Shown: positions 24,581 through 39,114, numbered from the whole stretch's first letter. The stretch: DNA of 63,474 nt, filler included, from Octopus bimaculoides (GCF_001194135.2; 5 parts of 4 records of this genome joined end to end with filler, not necessarily neighbours in it); one strand, 5' to 3'. Notes: generated by a model not told the origin, from the letters alone. Program-made: numbers and translations.

Positions 24581-24824
24581 TTATTTCTAACAAAGTTTCC
24601 TTTAACAAAGGACCCATTTGCCCATGTGTATGTCCCTTCTCCATGGAACTGATTATTGAGAAAATCTCCTTCATAGACATCTCCTGAAGAATGTTTGAGC
24701 TGACCAATGCCATTCATTGCATCATCTTTCCACATGCCCTGATAAACTGTGCCTTCAGCTGCAATATATCTTCCAAAACCAGACCTCTGTACATTTCCAT
24801 CTTGAGTATACAAAAATTGTCCTT
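24581..24824 (-). CDS. MORN2: MORN2 internal exon with tandem MORN repeats
   Basis: ttctattatcttgcag acceptor, gtgagt donor; GQFLYTQDGNVQRSGFGRYIAAEGTVYQGMWKDDAMNGIGQLKHSSGDVYEGDFLNNQFHGEGTYTWANGSFVKGNFVRN contains Y.G.W..D.MNG.G and Y.G.F....FHG.G.Y MORN motifs. Confidence 0.9.
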
Positions 24825-25499
24825 CTGCAAGATAATAGAAGTAAATTCATTGGTATGTATACATACATACATGTGCACACATGCATGACATCTAGTGTGA
24901 TAAACTGAAGACCAATGCTAGGATAAGCACTGATTTTTCTGTTTTTTCCTGCTCTTTAATAGTGTTACATTTCACTCACCCAGTACTACATAATTTATGT
25001 TCTAACATGTTAAATTTGTGCCATATTTCGTTTCTTTTATTTTTCTTCTTTCTTTACCTCATGTTAAATTGTTCTCTTTAATATGATTTTTTTCTGTCTT
25101 CTCAAACTTTGGGAGCTTGCTTGTTTGTGATGGTCCTGCCAACGATGGTAAGAAAAGTTTCAGTAACTAAAGATAACAATAGAATGCTAATAACATTAGG
25201 AATATTTTTTTATCAATTTAGAATAGGTGTAAATAGCATCTATTGTAGTATATGCAGCAAGTGTTGAAGAAGAAACGATTGTAGATTCAAGGAAAGGACA
25301 AACACAATAATGTGTGTAAATCTACTAACTGCTAGCAGACCACAGCACAACTTTTCTTATCTCTTACATATACACATGCCATCAAACAGTAATAAACCAA
25401 CAATCACACAGCTTTACTGCCAGAAATACACCCTATAAGTTCCAAAAGTTTAGAGCTGCAATCATAAACATAAGCACAGTGAAAGATAGGTTTAGTGAG

Positions 25500-26720
25500 A
25501 TTGTAGGCTTGCTGAGAAATGGATCAAGTAATTGCGGTGGTCAGGGTGTGCAATAGCATAATTGAAATTTATCTCTGCACATGCTCTACAGGTAGGATTG
25601 ACAGAAGAATAGAAGAATCAATGTTGTAGACAGAGACTTCATTATTGTGACTGGCGACTTCAACAAACAGCAGAGAATACAGTGGTGGTTTCTGTGACAT
25701 ACATGGAGCTATGGATATAGTCTAAGACATAAGGAGGGTGTAGAGCTTCTTGAGTTCTGCGATTTAACAAATCTAACAATCTGCAACACACACTTTAAGA
25801 AACCAGCCAATCATCTCAACACCTACTAATCTGGCAAACACAAATCAAGTAGACAACATTCTCACTAGGAAACATAGATTAGTAGTGAGTAACTTCAGAG
25901 TCAGAGCTAGACCAACACAAAATCAAAAGATGATAGGGAGAAAGAAGATATGGAAACTAAAAGATTCTGCTGTTGGGAATACGTTTAGAGAAATTGTAAT
26001 TGATGCATATGACTATATAGAGGAAGATTTAGATACATGTCACACAGATAACAACTAGGAATATCTATGAAATAACCTGTTTAGTACTGCAAATCACAGC
26101 CAAGCCAAAGGTAATGTGATGGTGAGATGACTCGATTGATAGGGTGGTATAGGTTAAAAGACAGGCTTGGAAAACCTGGAAGGAAGGTGATAGTAGGAAG
26201 TATTATCAGCAGCCATGAAACAGGTATACTTGGCCAAAGGTGAAGTGGAAAAGAAGAGATTTGTGCATGTTTTGCAAAGTAAGGATCAAAAGCATGAAGT
26301 CCAAGAGAGAACCAAGACATCATTGTAAGGCATGTTTACTATTGATATAGAAGATAAGAAAGTGGCATGAAAATGCTATTATGAGAGGCTGATGAACATA
26401 GAGAATATATGGGATATAGAGGGATTGTCTCATGCTGGCCCCAGAAAGGGACTAACAATTCAAGTTGAGAGCAGTGTGGTAGATAAAGCAATTAAGGACA
26501 TGAAGAGAAGAAAAGCTGCAGGCTCATCAGAGACAGTTGCAGTGAGAATTAAAATACCTGGTGAGGTAGGATACATGACTACCATTTGGATATTTACTCA
26601 AGTTATGTTGGAAGGTGCTACACCCAATGATTAGTGTTGCAGTGTCATCATAAACTGTACAAAGGCAAAGGAGATACCTTAGAGAGAGAGGAAATTGTTG
26701 AGAATTAAACTACTGGATTA
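25500..26720 (+). mobile_element. Degraded RTE-clade LINE fragments
   Basis: GDFN-like EN motif (~25655), aagaaaccagccaatcatct.. and VDKAIKDMK..KAAG segments similar to 2870-5080. Confidence 0.7.
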
Positions 26721-26883
26721 AGTTATGAAGGTCAGAGTGCCTCATAGTACAACTGAACCACCTACCTTGGCAAAATTGAGATCTGAGATGCACAATGTGT
26801 GTATATATGCACAACTAGCTTCCCTTTCATTGAATTTCATCCTCATGACATCTCTACTGCCAATCACCTCTCTAATCACAGTA

Positions 26884-27000
26884 CAGGGTGATTCAAAAGT
26901 CTGTCATGTTCTAAGAACTCTTACATCATGAACTACAAATGGTAGCATGATTGAACTGGTACCATTTAAAAGTTAAAAGTGTCGAGTTTTCTTCTGTTAA
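26884..27000. mobile_element. Possible Tc1/mariner-type terminal fragment
   Basis: ta-cagggtgattcaaaag start is typical of mariner-family TIRs; no partner TIR found. Confidence 0.35.
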
Positions 27001-27204
27001 TTTAATTTAAATTTAATTAATTAAATTAAATTTTGCTTTTTTGTCTCTTTTTAGATCCAGTAATGTCATTCACAAACAAGATAAGTCATTTTGTATCCTA
27101 GAATACACTAAAACTGAATCATGGAGTGAGATGGTGGTGAAGCGAAAGAGTATATTTACAATTATAGAAGTGTTCCCAGCTGACTTTGTTTCCTCATAGC
27201 TTTC

Positions 27205-27557
27205 TGAAAAATGGATATTTAGCCAGAGGGGAAGCAGATAAGAAAATATTTGCCAATGCTCTGCGCTGTGAGGACCAAAGACTCGAGGTATTTCGTGTTG
27301 CAAGACAGTGTAGGAGAGAGAATAGTGATGTTGTAGGAGAGAAATGTGTTCGCATGGATGATGGTACGCTTGCACTAAATGAGGCTGCAAATAAAGAGGT
27401 CTGGAGATGCCACTACGATAGATTGCTTAATAAAGAGAATGAATGGGAGAAAGAGAGCCTGCTGTATGTCAACCCAACAGAGGGACCAGCTATCCGAGTT
27501 GACAGTACCAGGGTAGATAAAGCAATTAAGAGTATGAAGACAGGGAAAGCCCCCGGC
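27205..27557 (+). mobile_element. RTE-clade LINE fragment cut by an assembly join
   Basis: EVFRVARQC..EKCVRMDDG...KAIKSMKTGKAPG, closely similar to 3590-3920. Confidence 0.9.
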
Positions 27558-27601
27558 NNNNNNNNNNNNNNNNNNNNNNNNNNNNNNNNNNNNNNNNNNN
27601 N

Positions 27602-27613
27602 TTAATTAATTAA
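27602..27613. other. Artificial scaffold-join linker TTAATTAATTAA
   Basis: Flanked by 44 N on each side; gives stops in all six frames. Confidence 0.93.
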
Positions 27614-27657
27614 NNNNNNNNNNNNNNNNNNNNNNNNNNNNNNNNNNNNNNNNNNNN

Positions 27658-30600
27658 CAACACCCACAACATCATCAACACTCACAACTACATCTATACC
27701 CACAACATCAATACCCACAAGAACATCAATACCAACAACAACTTCAATACCCACAACATCAATACCCACAACATCAATACCCACAACATCAACTCCCACA
27801 ACAACATCAACACCCACAAAAACATCAAGACCAACAACAACATCAATACCCACCACAACATCAATACCCACAACATCAATACCCACAACAACATCAAGAC
27901 CAACAACAACATCAATACCCACAACAACATCAATACCCACAACAACATCAATACCCACAACAACATCAATACCCANNNNNNNNNNNNNNNNNNNNNNNNN
28001 NNNNNNNNNNNNNNNNNNNNNNNNNNNNNNNNNNNNNNNNNNNNNNNNNNNNNNNNNNNNNNNNNNNNNNNNNNNNNNNNNNNNNNNNNNNNNNNNNNNN
28101 NNNNNNNNNNNNNNNNNNNNNNNNNNNNNNNNNNNNNNNNNNNNNNNNNNNNNNNNNNNNNNNNNNNNNNNNNNNNNNNNNNNNNNNNNNNNNNNNNNNN
28201 NNNNNNNNNNNNNNNNNNNNNNNNNNNNNNNNNNNNNNNNNNNNNNNNNNNNNNNNNNNNNNNNNNNNNNNNNNNNNNNNNNNNNNNNNNNNNNNNNNNN
28301 NNNNNNNNNNNNNNNNNNNNNNNNNNNNNNNNNNNNNNNNNNNNNNNNNNNNNNNNNNNNNNNNNNNNNNNNNNNNNNNNNNNNNNNNNNNNNNNNNNNN
28401 NNNNNNNNNNNNNNNNNNNNNNNNNNNNNNNNNNNNNNNNNNNNNNNNNNNNNNNNNNNNNNNNNNNNNNNNNNNNNNNNNNNNNNNNNNNNNNNNNNNN
28501 NNNNNNNNNNNNNNNNNNNNNNNNNNNNNNNNNNNNNNNNNNNNNNNNNNNNNNNNNNNNNNNNNNNNNNNNNNNNNNNNNNNNNNNNNNNNNNNNNNNN
28601 NNNNNNNNNNNNNNNNNNNNNNNNNNNNNNNNNNNNNNNNNNNNNNNNNNNNNNNNNNNNNNNNNNNNNNNNNNNNNNNNNNNNNNNNNNNNNNNNNNNN
28701 NNNNNNNNNNNNNNNNNNNNNNNNNNNNNNNNNNNNNNNNNNNNNNNNNNNNNNNNNNNNNNNNNNNNNNNNNNNNNNNNNNNNNNNNNNNNNNNNNNNN
28801 NNNNNNNNNNNNNNNNNNNNNNNNNNNNNNNNNNNNNNNNNNNNNNNNNNNNNNNNNNNNNNNNNNNNNNNNNNNNNNNNNNNNNNNNNNNNNNNCAATA
28901 CCCACAACAACATCAATACCCACAACAACATCTATACCCACAATAACATCAATACCCACAACATCAATACCCACAACAACATCAATACCAACAACATCTA
29001 TACCCACAACAACATTTATACCCACAACAACATCAATACACACAACAACATCAATCCCCACAACAACATCAACACCCACAACAACATCAACACCCACAAC
29101 AACATCAAAACTCACAACTACATCTATACCCACAACATCTATACCCACAACAACATCTATGCCCACAACAACATCAATACCCACAACAACATCAATACCC
29201 ACAAGAACATCAATACCAACAACAGCATCAATACCCACAACAGCAATACCCACAACAACATCAATACCCACAACAACATCAATACCCACAACAACATCAA
29301 TACCCACAACAACATCAATACCCAAAACATCAATACCCACAACATCAACTCCCACAACAACATCTATAGCCACAACAACATCAATACCCACAACAACATC
29401 AACACCCACAAAAACATCAAGACCAACAACAACATCAATACCCACCNNNNNNNNNNACAACATCAACACCCACAAAAACATCAAGACCAACAACAACATC
29501 AATACCCACCACAACATCAATACCCACCACAACATCAATACCCACAACATCAACACCCACGACAACATCAATACCCACAACAACATCAATACCCACAACA
29601 ACGTCTATGCCCACAACATCAATACCCACAACATCAATACCAACAACAACATCAACACCCACAACAACATCAATACCCACAACATCAATACCCACAAAAA
29701 CATCAACACCCACAACAACATCTATACCCACAACATCAATACCCACAACAACATCAATACCCACCACATCAATACCCACAACAACATCAATACCCACAAA
29801 TNNNNNNNNNNNNNNNNNNNNNNNNNNNNNNNNNNNNNNNNNNNNNNNNNNNNNNNNNNNNNNNNNNNNNNNNNNNNNNNNNNNNNNNNNNNNNNNNNNN
29901 NNNNNNNNNNNNNNNNNNNNNNNNNNNNNNNNNNNNNNNNNNNNNNNNNNNNNNNNNNNNNNNNNNNNNNNNNNNNNNNNNNNNNNNNNNNNNNNNNNNN
30001 NNNNNNNNNNNNNNNNNNNNNNNNNNNNNNNNNNNNNNNNNNNNNNNNNNNNNNNNNNNNNNNNNNNNNNNNNNNNNNNNNNNNNNNNNNNNNNNNNNNN
30101 NNNNNNNNNNNNNNNNNNNNNNNNNNNNNNNNNNNNNNNNNNNNNNNNNNNNNNNNNNNNNNNNNNNNNNNNNNNNNNNNNNNNNNNNNNNNNNNNNNNN
30201 NNNNNNNNNNNNNNNNNNNNNNNNNNNNNNNNNNNNNNNNNNNNNNNNNNNNNNNNNNNNNNNNNNNNNNNNNNNNNNNNNNNNNNNNNNNNNNNNNNNN
30301 NNNNNNNNNNNNNNNNNNNNNNNNNNNNNNNNNNNNNNNNNNNNNNNNNNNNNNNNNNNNNNNNNNNNNNNNNNNNNNNNNNNNNNNNNNNNNNNNNNNN
30401 NNNNNNNNNNNNNNNNNNNNNNNNNNNNNNNNNNNNNNNNNNNNNNNNNNNNNNNNNNNNNNNNNNNNNNNNNNNNNNNNNNNNNNNNNNNNNNNNNNNN
30501 NNNNNNNNNNNNNNNNNNNNNNNNNNNNNNNNNNNNNNNNNNNNNNNNNNNNNCAGCAACATCAACACTCACAACAACATCAACACCCACAACAACATCA

Positions 30601-33600
30601 ACACCCACAACAACATCAACACCCACAACAACCTCAACACCCACAACAACATCAATACCCACAACAACATCAATACCCACAACATCAATACCCACAGCAA
30701 CATCAGCACCCACAACAACATCAACACCTACAACAACATCAGTTCCCACAGCAACATCAACACCCACAACAACATCAACACCCACAGCAACATCAATTCC
30801 CACAACAACATCAACACCCACAACAACATCAATACCCACAACAACATCAATACCAACAACAACATTNNNNNNNNNNNNNNNNNNNNNNNNNNNNNNNNNN
30901 NNNNNNNNNNNNNNNNNNNNNNNNNNNNNNNNNNNNNNNNNNNNNNNNNNNNNNNNNNNNNNNNNNNNNNNNNNNNNNNNNNNNNNNNNNNNNNNNNNNN
31001 NNNNNNNNNNNNNNNNNNNNNNNNNNNNNNNNNNNNNNNNNNNNNNNNNNNNNNNNNNNNNNNNNNNNNNNNNNNNNNNNNNNNNNNNNNNNNNNNNNNN
31101 NNNNNNNNNNNNNNNNNNNNNNNNNNNNNNNNNNNNNNNNNNNNNNNNNNNNNNNNNNNNNNNNNNNNNNNNNNNNNNNNNNNNNNNNNNNNNNNNNNNN
31201 NNNNNNNNNNNNNNNNNNNNNNNNNNNNNNNNNNNNNNNNNNNNNNNNNNNNNNNNNNNNNNNNNNNNNNNNNNNNNNNNNNNNNNNNNNNNNNNNNNNN
31301 NNNNNNNNNNNNNNNNNNNNNNNNNNNNNNNNNNNNNNNNNNNNNNNNNNNNNNNNNNNNNNNNNNNNNNNNNNNNNNNNNNNNNNNNNNNNNNNNNNNN
31401 NNNNNNNNNNNNNNNNNNNNNNNNNNNNNNNNNNNNNNNNNNNNNNNNNNNNNNNNNNNNNNNNNNNNNNNNNNNNNNNNNNNNNNNNNNNNNNNNNNNN
31501 NNNNNNNNNNNNNNNNNNNNNNNNNNNNNNNNNNNNNNNNNNNNNNNNNNNNNNNNNNNNNNNNNNNNNNNNNNNNNNNNNNNNNNNNNNNNNNNNNNNN
31601 NNNNNNNNNNNNTCCCACAACAACATCAACACCCACAACAACATCAATACCCACAACAACATCAATACCAACAACAACATTATTACCCACAACATCTATA
31701 CCCACAACAACATCAATACCAACAACAACATCAATACCCACCACAACATCAATACCCACAACAACATCAATACCCACAACAACATCAATACCCACAACAA
31801 CATCAATAGCCACAACAACATCAATACCCACAACAACATCAATACCAACAACAACATCAATGCCCACAACAACATCAATTCCCACAACAACATCAATAGC
31901 CACAACAACATCAATAGCCACAACAACATCAATACCAACAGCAACATCAATACCCGCAACAACATCAATACCCACAACATCAACACCCACAACAACATCT
32001 ATACCCACAACATTAATACCCACAACAATATCGATACCCACAACAATATCGATACCCACAACAACATCAATACCCACAACAACATCAATACCAACAACAA
32101 CATCAATACCCACAACAACATCAATGCCCACAACATTAACACCCACAACAACATCTATACCCACAACATCAATACACACAACAATATCAATACCCACAAC
32201 AACATCAATAGCCACAACAACATCAATACCCACAACAACGTCAATACCCACAACATCAACACCCACAACAACATCTATACCCACAACATCAATACCCACA
32301 ACAACATCAATTACGACAACATCACTCACAATAATATCAATGAACAAAACAACATCAATACCAACAACAACATCAATACCCACCACAACATCAACACCCA
32401 CAACAACGTCAATACCCACAACATCATCAATACCTACAACAACATCAACACCCACAACAACATCAATACCAGCAACATCAACACCCACAACAACATCAAT
32501 ACCCACAGCAACAGCAACACCCACAACATCAACACCCACAACATCAATACCCACAACAACATCAATACCCACAACCATATCAATACCCACAACAACATCA
32601 ATACCTACAACAACATCAAGACCAACAACATCAATACCCACAACAACATCAACACCCATAGCAACATCAACACCCACAACATCAATACCCACAACAACAT
32701 CAATACCCACAACAACATCAATACCCACAACAACATCAATACCCACAACAACATCAAGGCCAACAACAACATCAATACCCACAACAACATCAATACCCAC
32801 AACATCAATACCCACAACAACATCAATACCAATACCAACAATAACATCAATACANNNNNNNNNNNNNNNNNNNNNNNNNNNNNNNNNNNNNNNNNNNNNN
32901 NNNNNNNNNNNNNNNNNNNNNNNNNNNNNNNNNNNNNNNNNNNNNNNNNNNNNNNNNNNNNNNNNNNNNNNNNNNNNNNNNNNNNNNNNNNNNNNNNNNN
33001 NNNNNNNNNNNNNNNNNNNNNNNNNNNNNNNNNNNNNNNNNNNNNNNNNNNNNNNNNNNNNNNNNNNNNNNNNNNNNNNNNNNNNNNNNNNNNNNNNNNN
33101 NNNNNNNNNNNNNNNNNNNNNNNNNNNNNNNNNNNNNNNNNNNNNNNNNNNNNNNNNNNNNNNNNNNNNNNNNNNNNNNNNNNNNNNNNNNNNNNNNNNN
33201 NNNNNNNNNNNNNNNNNNNNNNNNNNNNNNNNNNNNNNNNNNNNNNNNNNNNNNNNNNNNNNNNNNNNNNNNNNNNNNNNNNNNNNNNNNNNNNNNNNNN
33301 NNNNNNNNNNNNNNNNNNNNNNNNNNNNNNNNNNNNNNNNNNNNNNNNNNNNNNNNNNNNNNNNNNNNNNNNNNNNNNNNNNNNNNNNNNNNNNNNNNNN
33401 NNNNNNNNNNNNNNNNNNNNNNNNNNNNNNNNNNNNNNNNNNNNNNNNNNNNNNNNNNNNNNNNNNNNNNNNNNNNNNNNNNNNNNNNNNNNNNNNNNNN
33501 NNNNNNNNNNNNNNNNNNNNNNNNNNNNNNNNNNNNNNNNNNNNNNNNNNNNNNNNNNNNNNNNNNNNNNNNNNNNNNNNNNNNNNNNNNNNNNNNNNNN

Positions 33601-34495
33601 NNNNNNNNNNNNNNNNCAATACCCACAACATCATCAATACCTACAACAACATCAACACCCACAACAACATCAATACCCACAACAACATCAATACCCACAA
33701 CAACATCAAGACCAACAACAACATCAAGACCAACAACAACATCAATACCCACAACAACATCAAAACCCACAACAACATCAAAACCCACAACAACATCAAG
33801 ACCCACAACAACATCAAGACCAACAACATCAATACCCACAACAACATCAATACCCACAACAACATCAACACCCACAGCAACATCAACACCCACAACATCA
33901 ATACCCACAACAACATCAATACCCACAACAACATCAAGGCCAACAACAACATCAATACCCACAACAACATCAATACCAATACCAACAACAACATCAATAC
34001 ACACCACAATATCAATACCCACAACAACATCTATACCCACCACAACATCAATACCCACAACAACATCTATGCCCACAACAACATCAACACCTAGAACAAC
34101 ATTAATACCCACAACAACATCAATACCCACAACAACATCAAGACCAACAACAACATCAATACCCACAACAACATCAATACCCACAACATCAATACCCACA
34201 ACAACATCAATACCAACAACAACATCAATACACACCACAATATCAATACCCACAACAACATCTATACCCACAACAACATCAATACCCACAACAACATCTA
34301 TTCCCACAACAACATCAACACCCAGAACAACATCGATACCCAGAACAACATCAATACCAACAACAACATCAATACCCACAACAACTTCAATACCCACAAC
34401 AACATCAACACCCACCACAACATCAACACCCAGCACAACATCAGCACCCACAACAACATCAATGCCCACAACAACATCAATACCCACAACAACAT
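27658..34495. repeat. 15/18-bp minisatellite (acaacaacatcaataccc)n, gapped; reads (PTTTSI)n on +
   Basis: Sequenced blocks 27658-27975, 28896-29801, 30554-30866, 31613-32854 and 33617-34495 all consist of this unit; the long ORFs in the track run through Ns and are not real ORFs as given. Confidence 0.97.
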
Positions 34496-34539
34496 NNNNN
34501 NNNNNNNNNNNNNNNNNNNNNNNNNNNNNNNNNNNNNNN

Positions 34540-34551
34540 TTAATTAATTAA
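34540..34551. other. Artificial scaffold-join linker TTAATTAATTAA
   Basis: 44N-linker-44N. Confidence 0.93.
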
Positions 34552-34635
34552 NNNNNNNNNNNNNNNNNNNNNNNNNNNNNNNNNNNNNNNNNNNNTATAC
34601 ACATATATATGCACCAATGTATAAGTATGTATGAA

Positions 34636-34681
<46 letters not shown>

Positions 34682-35025
34682 CACCTTAATATTTCTGCAG
34701 CAAACATACATTTCGATGACTCATTCGATTTCGCATCACATACTACTTTCAGAAATGCGTTGTATATTTGCAAAATATTAGTCAAATGCATAAATACACG
34801 AAGGCGTCTGATTTTGAATATGCTAAGTACCAAGAAAGTATGTCTTCGCCAGCCCTAGACATTGCAAATTGCATCATGGAAGTCTCATATACCCTTCAAA
34901 CAGAAGTTGTTGTTAAATGATGAGTCGATTTAGGACCATCACGTAGTTAGCCAAGACGTATAAGTGTCTACTAGAATGTAACTCACCCCAGTGTCTAATA
35001 TACAGTAGGAGATAACTATTATCCC

Positions 35026-35026
<1 letters not shown>

Positions 35027-35109
<83 letters not shown>

Positions 35110-35620
35110 NNNNNNNNNNTGTTATTGAGTAAATGAGCAGTGCATGACATCAGAATGACAATGGGGTAAAATATACGAAGTCCAAATATGACAACCCGCC
35201 TGATAAGTGTATACCAGGCGCATGCATCGGAGCCATAGTGCGCGAGAAGTTGATGTCATATCAAGATTAACAGCACAGCGCATGACCTTACAAGTGTGGC
35301 ATAGTAAGAATTTTCTTTAGGTTGAGTAGCCCATCCCACTCAAAGGGAACCTGGATAAGGTTTGTTTAAGGATGTTGAACGAAGTACTCATGTTTATAGT
35401 GGTGAATTATCCAAACCCCCGAAAATTCCCCTCAACACATCGCTATGATGCTCCGTGAACACCTCTGCTTGTAATCATCGATGCACATATCGTCAGTCAC
35501 TAAGGAACAAGCTCAACTGGTTAACGTTAAAGAGCTGACAGGTAAATCTGTGGTATAGAGTAGAATATCTGCTGTTGCGCATCTTATATACCAGGACAAA
35601 ACAAGGTATATAATAACACT
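35027..35620 (-). repeat. (AAT)n-tailed retroposon 3' segment, copy 1
   Basis: (ATT)n followed by sequence similar to 38755-39060. Confidence 0.7.
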
Positions 35621-36059
35621 TCGAATCAGTTAAGATTAGAAGCCACGCAAGCCACCGCCTAATACTGAATCAGGACATATTATTATTATCATCTAATCCA
35701 TCAATTACATTAACAACAACGACAACAAAATCAATGCACGCTCATTCAACCACAATCATAACTACAAAAAGCAAGAAAACAGAAAGGAATACACGAAGAG
35801 AAACAAAATTCACAAAAACAACCAATATAACTGACTACAGACACCGATGCTACACCAAGTTCACAGTCGTTCGCAAGAGCACCGATGAGCTGATGCCGGA
35901 GGTAAGGGAAATCACAAACATTCATACAAAAGGAGTAGGGTTCGATGAATTTATGTCGAAACCTCACTATGCTTCAGGCGAGGCAGCTGAATCAGCCGAC
36001 CCTCTCAAAATCCAATGTAAGTGACATTTTGCTATTTTGTTCCTCCGATAAACACGGTC

Positions 36060-38678
36060 GTTTTCAGAGTATGGTGTGTGAAGTTTCTTGGTCTGGGGGT
36101 CATCTTGGAAGCAAGGTCACTTGCTAAACGATCTCAGGTCACTCTATTTACATGTGGCTGCAATTAGCGGGTCAAAGATTTCTAGCGTAAGCATTAGCGC
36201 CCATTTTCGATAACTATGAGATATTCTCATCATGTGGTCTGTCGGGAGCAAGCGGCGGTGTAGCAGTGCTATTCCGAAAATCCTTAGATTTCAAAGTAAA
36301 GTCAATCTTCTTGGAGCTGGGCGGCAAGTTGGTGGTCCTAGATGTGAATGGTAGCGAAGGTAGTGCCCTTAAACTGATGGTCGTCTATGCTCCGACAGGA
36401 GCTGGAAGGACAGATTTCTTCAAGTGTCAAGAAACTTTCCTGGAAACGTCTTGCAGTTTAGTACTAGTAGGGGACTGGAATGGGATTTTGGACGCCCGTA
36501 AGGACTTTGTAGCGCTAGTACACAGAAGGAGATGGAAAAACCTCGTAACCTACTCAGAGACTTCCAATTGTCTGAGAGGTATCGACTTGATTTCCCTGAT
36601 GTGCCAGTATGAACATGGAGCAACCACAATGTGTCATCCAGATCGTAACTAGATAGGGTATTTGTTAGGTCAGAGGATAAGGATAGTGTAGGTTGTCCAC
36701 AATTTGAATTAGTCGGCTACACAGACCACGAGTTTGTGATCTGAATAATCAAGTTAGATAGGAATCGTAGACAGGGACTCGATTACTGGAAGTTAAACGT
36801 GTCCTATCCGTCTCGCAAAAACAATAGGGGCCGGATTAGTGAAATAGTCAAGCGGCTGTTGACGGAGGCAATTGTTAACAACCGGTGGTAGGTGGCCCTG
36901 AAGAGGGCGATTAGAGCAGAATTTATAGGGTTTAGCAAATAGCTAACAATAGAGAAGAATATCTTAGAGGGTGAACTAGTTAGCAAATTAAAAGAGGCAA
37001 TTAAAAAGGGCATTGCGACCGATGTGTTAGCGGAGAGAATAACGCTTGATCATTTCTTCGAAGCGAATCATGAAGGTTGCTTTGTTAGAGCTAAGGCCCG
37101 TGCACTCAAGCACTCAAACAGGAAGGATCTAAAGCTGTGCGATTGGCTGGAACGGTGGAGACGCAACGTGGAAGCAAAACCAAGATCAGGTCTTTGACGG
37201 ATCGGGATGAGCGCGTGCTACGTGACTCCGAGCAAATATGTGCAGTTTTCAGCAGCACTTCACGCAGCTGTTTGGAGAGAGCAATGGGTTGACGACGGTA
37301 CTGGACTTACGTTCCTACCTGGACGACTAGCTACGGCTCTCGGCGGGTGACGCAAGGTTATGTGAAAATCCAATAACAGCCGCTGAAATTCAGTGGTCAA
37401 ATTAAACTGCCACCTATCAGAGCCGCTTGGCATCGCACGCTCTGTCCTTCAAGTTTGCCCGCTGTCGCATCTTCTATACGTATGGAAACTCGAGTCACTG
37501 TTGCAGAAATTGGAGCAGCTAAGTGGCATCCTTTTCGAACAGAGACAAGGAAGGGCGGTGTCAGCATACGCAGACGATGTCACCATTATGGTGTCGGTCT
37601 CCCCCGAAGTGGAGACGGTCGGCACCATCCAAAAAGAATACGAGTCAATTGCAGGGACTAAAATCAACACCGACAGATCGGTTGGTTTGCGGTCGGGTTC
37701 CTGGAGAGGCAGGGCGGTGCCATCGGATGGCGTCGTCGGACGCTGGACAGACGGATCAATTAAATTGCTCGGGGTTGGTTTGGTCTCGAGTTTCAGGTTG
37801 ATAAGAACTGGGATAAGGTGGCGAACAGGGTGGCCAGTCTTACCCTGAAATGGACTGCAAGAAAGCTGTCCCTGAAAGGTCCACTTTAAAAATTTGAACT
37901 GGCTAGTTTTTTTCCGGAGGACTTTCCAGTCAGGAATTATCATGAAAACTTTCGAGATGTTCTTGGCCTGGCAGTGCTACTGGGGGCGGGGGACGCTACC
38001 AATTCGAGACAAGCTCTACAGGCAAGGATAAACTGTCAGACGGACTTGTCCGAGATGCGCGCAGAGCGACGAAACTTTTCTGCACGCCCTAGTTCAATGT
38101 CCGGGCATTGCTGACTTGTAGGCTTATGTTCAACAGCTGCTGTCACGTAAGGGACGGATCCGTCTCTAGGCCGAGTCTGTAGTGATGATTGCGCTGCCAC
38201 CTTCCTTCAATATGGCAGGCAAGGCAGTTTTCTTTTGCCTGGTGGCTGTGGCGAAAGAGATTGTTTCGTGCACAAGGCTGAAAGACATGAAGACAGATAC
38301 ATTCCTCTTTGGGAGAGCTCTCATTGACTTTTTCAAGGTATACTTGAAAAGGAAATTGAGAATGGAGAGGGAAGTGCTGATCTCGAGTAAATTAATCGAA
38401 ACGTGGGTGATAGTGGCGAAAATGGTAAGAGTGAATGGCACCTCTCTAAGTGTAGACCTGTGAATCAGAGAGAAAGAATTGGAGAGGGCACTTGCCCACA
38501 AAGTCTCAGGGAAATCTCGGACAGTGAGTTCCACGATCATCCCTAGAGGCGTTCCTCTATCAGGAGGGCCACATTTTTATCATCGTCCCGAACCCAACTT
38601 TTCGTACCTTTGTATGCTATGCATATGTCTCTCCTTATTAAGTGTATATCGTGTATACTTACTTTTTATTACATCATT

Positions 38679-38680
<2 letters not shown>
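36060..38680 (+). mobile_element. Tx1/L1-clade LINE ORF2 pseudogene (APE endonuclease, RT with internal deletion, C-terminal domain)
   Basis: VVYAPTG, VLVGDWN, YLDRVFV, TDHEFV, YWKLN; QVCPLSHLLYV, SAYADDVT, GTKINTDRS; C-terminal AVAKEIV...KRKLRMER; many stops. Confidence 0.88.
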
Positions 38681-38753
<73 letters not shown>

Positions 38754-39060
38754 GTGAATGAGAGAGTAATGCATGCTGTCAAAGTGGCATTGGGATACAA
38801 ATATATGAAGCCCAGCATACCCATCATGACCACTCGTCTGATAAGGTTACACCAGGCACATGCATCACAACAGTATGTGCGTGACATAGTGGTCGCATAT
38901 AAAAATAAACAGCACGTAACTTTACAAGTGGGGCTAGTTAGAATCTTCGTCGAGTTGAGTTGACCATCCTGTTCAAAAGTGTTGTTGAAGGATTTTGAAC
39001 GAAACACCCATGTTTCCAGAGGTGAATTATTCAAGCTCCAAATAATTCCCCTTAATATAT
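38680..39060 (-). repeat. (AAT)n-tailed retroposon 3' segment, copy 2
   Basis: (ATT)n plus similarity to 35120-35450. Confidence 0.7.
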
Positions 39061-39114
39061 GGGTATGATTCTCCGCCTCTTCTTCTACTCGTGGTCCCTG
39101 TTTATTTCCGTGTT

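Noticed and set aside
27055-27200. Acceptor-preceded 48-codon open frame on +, and donor-like sites at ~25148 (+) and ~26767 (-)
   Set aside because: No recognisable product, and the phase does not fit the missing MORN2 exon
27658-34495. CRISPR-like array
   Set aside because: Continuous tandem repeat with no unique spacers, in eukaryotic DNA
27694-34551. Giant ORFs (up to 1648 aa) in the ORF track
   Set aside because: They run through N gaps and switch repeat frames across gaps, so they are not real ORFs as listed
35027-39060. Direct repeats flanking the Tx1 element, resembling LTRs
   Set aside because: Both are diverged (AAT)n-tailed retroposon ends without TG...CA termini, PBS or PPT, and the interior is a non-LTR ORF2
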